Shown in pieces: positions 1 to 4,810 of a DNA stretch of 5,579 nt. The notes under the pieces are model-generated. The model was not told the DNA's origin. It saw nothing but the letters and a program-made list of their open reading frames with translations, and did not search any database. The stretch is taken from assembly GCA_046536775.1 (NCBI GenBank), contig JAWDMD010000029.1:1-5579 (forward strand), in the 5' to 3' direction. The position numbers were made by a program, and so were the translations under genes. How positions within the stretch are numbered: the first letter of the stretch is position 1; every line of letters begins with the position of its first letter. The DNA is from Candidatus Nanopusillus sp. (GTDB lineage Archaea > Nanobdellota > Nanobdellia > Nanobdellales > Nanobdellaceae).

Positions 1-88
1 AAGTATAAACAATCAATTTACATATAATTATTATTTATATGAATTTGTAAAAATAAATAATGAAACAATAAATAATTATTGCGATAAT

Positions 89-685
89 TCATTTTGTTAT
101 ATAATAGGATAGAAGATTTTTATAAAATATATCTATCCTTTTTCTTACATTATTTAATTTCTCATTTGCCTCTTTTACTAAATTATAAAAATATTCTTTA
201 CTTATCAATAATTTTTTATTTTTTGATACAATTGTTTCAATTTTTTCATTTCCAACAATTTCAACCATCACTCTTTTATCATTTATTAAAAATATTCCAG
301 AATGTTTAAATCCAGATTTTCTTGCAATATTTAATATTTCATATGCCTTTTCTATATTTTTTGAAGATACATGCAAAATAAATGGTTCTTGTTTAAAATA
401 TATTTTTTCGTCATAATTATTATATACTTCTAATAATTTATTCCATATATAATAGAAGTTTACATAATAATGGGATTTAAATAAAAATTCTGCCTCAAAT
501 TTTTTCCCACTTTTCGGTATTTTTAATAAAATTATCCTACCTGCACACGAAGATGTTGTAAAAAAGAAATCTAATGAATTAATAAGATCTAAAATATAAT
601 ATATAGGTTGATCTGCTAGATGTTTTTCTTTAGCCTCTTTAAGTTTTTTCATATGATATATTTTTAATTTATTAAATTCATCCAT
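89..685 (-). CDS. taw3: tRNA wyosine-derivative methyltransferase Taw3 (TYW3 family)
   Basis: 198-aa ORF. It carries the TYW3-family signature as I remember it, T-S-S-C-x-G-R-I (TTSSCAGRI, aa 43-51), and a downstream E-P-x-I-L-H motif (EPFILHV, aa 100-106). Length and N-terminal spacing are typical of archaeal Taw3. An alternative start at Met12 (codon 650-652) is possible. Confidence 0.8.
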   Translation of the reverse strand: MDEFNKLKIYHMKKLKEAKEKHLADQPIYYILDLINSLDFFFTTSSCAGRIILLKIPKSGKKFEAEFLFKSHYYVNFYYIWNKLLEVYNNYDEKIYFKQEPFILHVSSKNIEKAYEILNIARKSGFKHSGIFLINDKRVMVEIVGNEKIETIVSKNKKLLISKEYFYNLVKEANEKLNNVRKRIDIFYKNLLSYYITK

Positions 686-690
686 ATATT

Positions 691-1164
691 ATGGATAGGG
701 GAAAGATAATATTAAATGTGTTATTTCTAGCATTTTCTTTGATAGTAATTTACCTAATATATTATTCATATTCGACATATTTTAGTAGAAATAAGATGGT
801 AAATCCTGAAAATATATATGATTTATATATATCAAATTTTAGCGTAGGCGGAAATTATTTTTCTTTTAATGTAAACAATCCAAATAATTATTCTGTTGAA
901 ATATATTTCTCATATTTAGGATTAAAAAATTCATATCAAACATCATCAATAATAACTTCTGGAAACTTTTTACAAGATATATACCTGATACAACCAGACA
1001 ACCATATTACTCTACAATATAATTTTGAATTGGATGATCAAACAAGATTGACAATTGTTCAATGGGAAAAACTTGGTGGACTTTTATATTTAACATTATA
1101 TTATTCATCTATAGGAAATAATTCTATTAATGGAATAATAAACTATCAAATAGAAAAAAGTTAG
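691..1164 (+). CDS. Hypothetical membrane-anchored protein. One N-terminal TM helix followed by a beta-rich domain of about 120 aa, possibly LEA_2/WHy-like
   Basis: A 157-aa ORF is highly unlikely by chance at about 75% AT, where stop codons are frequent, and it exactly fills the gap between taw3 and dnaG. Residues 6-27 (IILNVLFLAFSLIVIYLIYYSY) form a hydrophobic anchor after a short charged N-terminus (MDRGK). The segment FSFNVNNPNNYSVEIYF resembles the NPN-containing first strands of LEA_2/WHy (LEA14/NHL-type) domains. The domain assignment rests on motif memory only. Confidence 0.6.
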   Translation: MDRGKIILNVLFLAFSLIVIYLIYYSYSTYFSRNKMVNPENIYDLYISNFSVGGNYFSFNVNNPNNYSVEIYFSYLGLKNSYQTSSIITSGNFLQDIYLIQPDNHITLQYNFELDDQTRLTIVQWEKLGGLLYLTLYYSSIGNNSINGIINYQIEKS

Positions 1165-2348
1165 ATTTTATCAAGATCGCTTATTGTAAATATCTTTACT
1201 TTATTACTAACCTTCTGTATACTATCTATACATACTACATATTTTATATTTGTATTTTTCTCTATTAATTCTAATAATTCTCTTGTTAATATTCCATCCA
1301 TTACCAAATATGCTAAATTATTGTGTTTCAATATTGTCTCTCCCAATTTATCTACAGGTACTTTATTTAATATATTAAAGTTTTCATCCAATAATAAAGC
1401 CTGATCAGTTTTAAACACATCATTCATATAAGACTTTAATTTTTGTAATGTTGGATCCTTTATTCTTTTTTCGCTCCTAATATTTTTTATATCTTCAGCA
1501 GTTCCTTCTAATTTCTCATAATATGCTCTAATTTGGTCAAATGATATTTTATTCTTTAATGCTTTTAATATTTCTTTTCCAGATAATTCTTCAACCTCTC
1601 TTCCAGCTTCTGGCTTTGCCACAAAATCAATATCAACACCACTTGACATACATTCTTTTACTAATAGATCTCCACCTCTATCCCCATCAAAGAAAGTTGT
1701 TATAATCTTTTTCTTTGATAGATCAATTATTGTTTTTGGTACATTTAATCCATTTAATGCTATTACATTTGTAATTCCATATCTTAATAAATTTAGAACA
1801 TCAGCCCTTCCTTCTACCAATATTATTTCTTCAGATTTATCTATATCTGGTCCTGCAGGTAGTTTTTCAGGTCCATACTCAATTAATGTCTTCATATTAT
1901 GTGAATATTCTAAATATAATAGTAATTCCTTTGGATCTGGTAATTCTTCATTTATCAATCTTCCCAATAATTCTCTAGCCCTTTCTAATATTTGTTGTAC
2001 TTTTGTTTTTCTTATATCTTCTATTTTTTGTACCTTTATTGTTGCATGTGTTGGTCCAATTCTCGTTACAGTTTCTAATGTTGCAGCAATTAATGAAGTT
2101 TCAAATCTATTCAAACTTGTTGGTATCTTAATTTCTCCGATTGTTTTATCATTTTCTACCTTAAGATCCACATCTATTCTTCCTACTTTTCCAGATCTTT
2201 GTAATTCTCTTAGATCCATTTCTGATCCTAATAGCCCTTCTGTTTGTCCAAATATTGCTCCTATTACATCTGGTTTCTCAACTACTCCATCAATATATAC
2301 TGACGCATGTATCATATATTTTATGTAAGGTGGTGAACTCTTCGCCAT
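1161..2348 (-). CDS. dnaG: Archaeal DnaG (Toprim-domain primase-like protein; an exosome-associated component in other archaea)
   Basis: 395-aa ORF. The N-terminal block VEKPDVIGAIFGQTEGLLG...DLRELQRSGKVGRI is the hallmark of archaeal DnaG. The Toprim motifs are intact: the conserved Glu in ILVEGRADVLNL and the DxD in FFDGDRGGDLL. Length is typical. Confidence 0.9.
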   Translation of the reverse strand: MAKSSPPYIKYMIHASVYIDGVVEKPDVIGAIFGQTEGLLGSEMDLRELQRSGKVGRIDVDLKVENDKTIGEIKIPTSLNRFETSLIAATLETVTRIGPTHATIKVQKIEDIRKTKVQQILERARELLGRLINEELPDPKELLLYLEYSHNMKTLIEYGPEKLPAGPDIDKSEEIILVEGRADVLNLLRYGITNVIALNGLNVPKTIIDLSKKKIITTFFDGDRGGDLLVKECMSSGVDIDFVAKPEAGREVEELSGKEILKALKNKISFDQIRAYYEKLEGTAEDIKNIRSEKRIKDPTLQKLKSYMNDVFKTDQALLLDENFNILNKVPVDKLGETILKHNNLAYLVMDGILTRELLELIEKNTNIKYVVCIDSIQKVSNKVKIFTISDLDKI

Positions 2349-2385
2349 TATTAAATATTTTTAGAAAGGTATTTAACTATTGAAA

Positions 2386-2393
2386 TTTTTATA
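2386..2393 (-). promoter_or_regulatory. Candidate TATA box (TATAAAAA on the minus strand) for dnaG
   Basis: The octamer TATAAAAA read on the minus strand lies about 41 nt upstream of the dnaG ATG, which implies a leader of about 15 nt. A weaker TTAAATA about 25 nt upstream is an alternative consistent with a leaderless transcript. The AT-rich background makes this weak evidence. Confidence 0.3.
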
Positions 2394-2415
2394 CCTCTAG
2401 GTGGTATAATAATAC

Positions 2416-2423
2416 TATAAAAA
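2416..2423 (+). promoter_or_regulatory. Candidate TATA box (TATAAAAA) for fbp, spaced for a leaderless transcript
   Basis: TATAAAAA is centred about 25 nt upstream of the fbp ATG at 2444, the canonical archaeal TATA-to-TSS spacing. No Shine-Dalgarno-like GGTGA precedes the ATG. Confidence 0.35.
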
Positions 2424-2443
2424 ATGAAATTAAAAGTTATTAT

Positions 2444-3562
2444 ATGACATCATCGGAAAAAATAACAATAAGTGTTTTAAAAGCTGATATAGGAAGTTTG
2501 GTTGGAAATTCAACTATTCCAGAAATATTTGAAGAAACGGCCTCAGATATATTAGATAAATATAAGGGAGAAAAAATATTTGATTATTTTGTATCTCATG
2601 TTGGGGATGATTTAAATTTAATAATATTACACAATAAAGGGGAAAATAATAGAGAAATACATCAAATCGCTTTTGATATATTTAAGAAAAATTCAGAAAT
2701 TGCAAAAGAAATGAATTTATATGGTGCTGGTGGAGATTTATTAAAAAACGAATTTACAGGTTCATTAATTGGAATGGGGCCAGGAGTTGCAGAAATGGAA
2801 TTTACATTAAGATCTTCAGAATCAATAATTGTATTTGCTGCAGATAAAACAGAATCAGGAGCATTTAATTATCCTTTATTCCAGATGTTTGCAAATCCAT
2901 TCAATACACCAGGTTTAGTAATTGATCCCGATATGAGACCAGGATTTAGATTTGAGGTATGGGATTTATATAAACATAAGAGAGTATATTTGAATTCCCC
3001 AGAAGAAATTTATGATTTATTATTACTAATTGGAACATCTGAAATGTTTGCTATAAAGAGAGTATATCCAAGATCTGATAAATATCCAAAGGATGAACCT
3101 ATTTCAGTTTCTTCTACAGAAAGATTATATGAAGAAGCTGGGAGATATGCAGGAAAGGATGATCCAGTAATGATTGTAAGAGCACAAAAAGGATTTCCAG
3201 CCGTTGGAGAAATATTAGAAGCTTTTTCATTTCCATATATGGTAAATGGATGGATGAGGGGATCTTATTGGGGTCCTTTATTACCTGTGAGTTTAAAGAA
3301 TGCAAGGGCAACAAGGTTTGATGGACCTCCTAGGGTAATTGCATTGGGATTTCAGGTAAAAAAAGATAGACTATATGGACCAGAAGATATGTTTGATGAT
3401 CCAGCATTTGATTATACAAGAAATAAAGCATTGGAAATTGCAGATTATATGAGAAGACATGGTCCCTTTGAGCCACATAGGGTATCTTATGAGGATTTAT
3501 TAACAACCACAGTAAAACCTATACTGGATAAACTAACTCAAAGATTTGAGGATATAAAGTAA
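2444..3562 (+). CDS. fbp: Fructose-1,6-bisphosphate aldolase/phosphatase (class V FBPase, FBPA/P)
   Basis: 372-aa ORF collinear end to end with crenarchaeal FBPA/P as I remember it. Matching blocks are ISVLKADIGS, SHVGDDL, GMGPGVAEME, AADKTE.GAFN.PL, MFANPFNTPGLVIDP, the Schiff-base loop GRYAGKDDPVMIVR, GWMRGS, ATRFDGPP, MFDDPAFD and YMRRHGPFEPHR. Confidence 0.9.
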   Translation: MTSSEKITISVLKADIGSLVGNSTIPEIFEETASDILDKYKGEKIFDYFVSHVGDDLNLIILHNKGENNREIHQIAFDIFKKNSEIAKEMNLYGAGGDLLKNEFTGSLIGMGPGVAEMEFTLRSSESIIVFAADKTESGAFNYPLFQMFANPFNTPGLVIDPDMRPGFRFEVWDLYKHKRVYLNSPEEIYDLLLLIGTSEMFAIKRVYPRSDKYPKDEPISVSSTERLYEEAGRYAGKDDPVMIVRAQKGFPAVGEILEAFSFPYMVNGWMRGSYWGPLLPVSLKNARATRFDGPPRVIALGFQVKKDRLYGPEDMFDDPAFDYTRNKALEIADYMRRHGPFEPHRVSYEDLLTTTVKPILDKLTQRFEDIK

Positions 3563-3573
3563 GAGGACCATCA

Positions 3574-3593
3574 TTTTTAAATATATTTTTTTT
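3574..3593 (+). terminator. Oligo-T tracts (T5 at 3574-3578, T8 at 3586-3593) downstream of fbp, a candidate archaeal intrinsic termination signal
   Basis: Archaeal RNA polymerase terminates at oligo-T runs, and two runs lie within 35 nt after the fbp stop (3560-3562). They overlap the putative rpl12 promoter. The AT-rich background lowers confidence. Confidence 0.25.
3577..3586 (+). promoter_or_regulatory. Candidate TATA box (TTAAATATAT) for the P1 gene, spaced for a leaderless transcript
   Basis: Centred about 25 nt upstream of the ATG at 3606. No SD-like motif lies in between. Confidence 0.35.
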
Positions 3594-3605
3594 AACAATA
3601 ATAAA

Positions 3606-3914
3606 ATGGGTCTCGAATATATATATGCAGTATGGTTATTGCATGAAGCTAAAAAAGAAATAAATGCAGATAATATAAAAAAGGTATTGACATCAACAGG
3701 GATAGAGCCAAATGATGCAATGGTAAATGCAGTATTAGCAAGTTTACAAGGGGTTGATTTGGATAAAATAAAGGAAGAATCATTATCCTTTGCTCCAGTA
3801 CAGGCTGCTCCACAACAAGTAGAGCAAAAGAAAGAAGAAAAGGAGGAGAAGAAGGTAGAAGAAAAGAAGGAGGAACAATCATTAGAAGGTTTATCATCGT
3901 TATTCGGTTTCTAA
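3606..3914 (+). CDS. rpl12: Large-subunit ribosomal stalk protein P1 (archaeal L12 / aP1)
   Basis: 102 aa. The N-terminal dimerisation domain is MGLEYIYAVWLLHEAKKEINADNIKKVLTSTGIE...VNAVLASLQGVDLDKI. It is followed by an Ala/Pro/Gln hinge, a Lys/Glu-rich linker and the conserved stalk C-terminus LEGLSSLFGF. Confidence 0.9.
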   Translation: MGLEYIYAVWLLHEAKKEINADNIKKVLTSTGIEPNDAMVNAVLASLQGVDLDKIKEESLSFAPVQAAPQQVEQKKEEKEEKKVEEKKEEQSLEGLSSLFGF

Positions 3915-3937
3915 AATTTATAAGTTTTTATATATAA
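3913..3937 (+). promoter_or_regulatory. Candidate promoter region for the coiled-coil gene. Two TATA-like elements: AAAATTTATAAG at 3913-3924 and TTTTTATATATAA at 3925-3937
   Basis: The first element is centred about 30 nt upstream of the GTG at 3950 and is compatible with a near-leaderless mRNA. The second would place the TSS inside the annotated ORF. Read-through from rpl12 across the 35-nt gap is equally possible. Confidence 0.25.
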
Positions 3938-3949
3938 TTTTATTTTAAG

Positions 3950-4810
3950 GTGACAGATTCAGATAAGACTTATAGAGGCATTATCTTGGCAAAAAAAGAA
4001 TTAATTAAGATAGGAGAGGAAAAGGAAAATTTATACTCTAGAAAGAGGGTTTTATATAAAGAAAGAAAGGAATTATTGGAAAAATTAAAGGAATTGAGAA
4101 ATAAGAAGGAAGAATTTAGCAAAATGTTGGATAGCTTAATGACTGAAAGACAAAAAACATTGGAAAAGTTAGAGGAACTTAAGAAAAAATTGGATGAGAT
4201 AAAGCAGGCAAGAAAAGATATATTTAAGAATAAAGATATATTAAAAGATATAAATAAATATAAAAAAGAATTAGAGACATTAGAATATGTTTTGCAGACA
4301 GAAGTTTTATCATATTCTCAAGAAAAGAAGATTTGGAATAGAATAAAATATTTAAGAAAACTTTTAGGAAAATATGAAGAGATATCTTCTGTTTTACAAG
4401 AAATTGATAAATTGAGAGAAGAATATAATGCTTATAGATCTAAATTATCAATAATAGGTCAAAATATTAGAAAAAATATTGATGAAAGAAAGGTTATAAA
4501 AGAACAAATAAAACAGATAAAAGAAAGGTTAACAGAAATAATGGGTGAATATAATAAAATTAAGGAACAAATAAAACAAATGAAAGATAGAATAAGAGAG
4601 CTTGAAGATAAATTGAATGAGGATTTACAAAGATATCTAAGCCAAAGATTACAAAAACAAACTGTTGAAATATCAGAAGATGATAAGACTAAAATAATTG
4701 AAGAATATTCAAAAATACAAGAAAAGATTATGAATGGTTCTGAACTATCAATGGACGAAATATTAGTAATGCAAAAATATGAATTATTAAAGAAAAAGGG
4801 TGCAATCTAA
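3950..4810 (+). CDS. Conserved archaeal coiled-coil protein, COG1340-type, function unknown (family often mis-annotated)
   Basis: 286-aa ORF with a GTG start, almost entirely heptad-like K/E/L/I-rich helix. The central motif LETLEYVLQTEVLSYSQEKKIWNRIKYLRKLL matches the LEW..QTEVLS..EE..L...I..L signature I remember for COG1340 proteins. The C-terminal KIMNGSELSMDEILVMQKYELL matches their G-E-K-L-S/T-x-E-E-L-L-x-L-Q ending. Confidence 0.65.
   Translation: MTDSDKTYRGIILAKKELIKIGEEKENLYSRKRVLYKERKELLEKLKELRNKKEEFSKMLDSLMTERQKTLEKLEELKKKLDEIKQARKDIFKNKDILKDINKYKKELETLEYVLQTEVLSYSQEKKIWNRIKYLRKLLGKYEEISSVLQEIDKLREEYNAYRSKLSIIGQNIRKNIDERKVIKEQIKQIKERLTEIMGEYNKIKEQIKQMKDRIRELEDKLNEDLQRYLSQRLQKQTVEISEDDKTKIIEEYSKIQEKIMNGSELSMDEILVMQKYELLKKKGAI
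4496..4591 (+). repeat. Internal in-frame duplication within the coiled-coil gene. Two 33-nt copies (4496-4528 and 4559-4591) offset by 63 nt
   Basis: ATAAAAGAACAAATAAAACAGATAAAAGAAAGG versus ATTAAGGAACAAATAAAACAAATGAAAGATAGA, 27/33 identical. They encode IKEQIKQIKER and IKEQIKQMKDR. The offset is 21 aa, or three heptads. Confidence 0.6.

Noticed and set aside
94-309. 71-aa plus-strand ORF from the six-frame track
   Set aside because: It lies entirely antisense to the well-supported taw3 gene. Its low-complexity F/L/I/Y-rich product is typical of a shadow ORF opposite K/E/N-rich coding sequence, and it has no recognisable motif.
691-770. Possible class III (type IV pilin-like) signal peptide in MDRGKIILNVLF...
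   Set aside because: The R-G dipeptide followed by a hydrophobic stretch is suggestive. However, the +1 residue after Gly is Lys, which does not fit the prepilin peptidase motif as I remember it (small, hydrophobic or Gln at +1). A simple signal-anchor reading is more conservative.
2367-2396. Inverted repeat AGGTAT...ATACCT (6-bp stem, 18-nt loop) in the dnaG-fbp intergenic region
   Set aside because: The stem is short and weak, the loop is large and AT-rich, and there is no flanking conservation to evaluate. It is explained mostly by the opposed TATA-like elements and is not convincing as an RNA structure or operator.
3114-3314. 66-aa minus-strand ORF inside fbp
   Set aside because: Antisense shadow ORF within a strongly conserved enzyme gene, with no motif or independent signal.
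3828-3890. GAA/AAG-rich low-complexity tract that looks like a simple repeat
   Set aside because: It encodes the K/E-rich flexible linker (KKEEKEEKKVEEKKEE) that is a normal part of archaeal P1 stalk proteins. It is not an independent repeat element.
3649-3897. 82-aa minus-strand ORF inside the P1 gene
   Set aside because: Antisense to the stalk protein gene. Its L/P/F-rich product is the complement of the K/E/A-rich hinge codons.
3947-3953. AGGTGA, a perfect Shine-Dalgarno-like core, at the start of the coiled-coil gene
   Set aside because: The GTG start codon itself is inside this hexamer. No in-frame ATG, GTG or TTG lies 5-10 nt downstream, and the next is TTG at 3986. It cannot act as an SD for this ORF, so the resemblance is coincidental.
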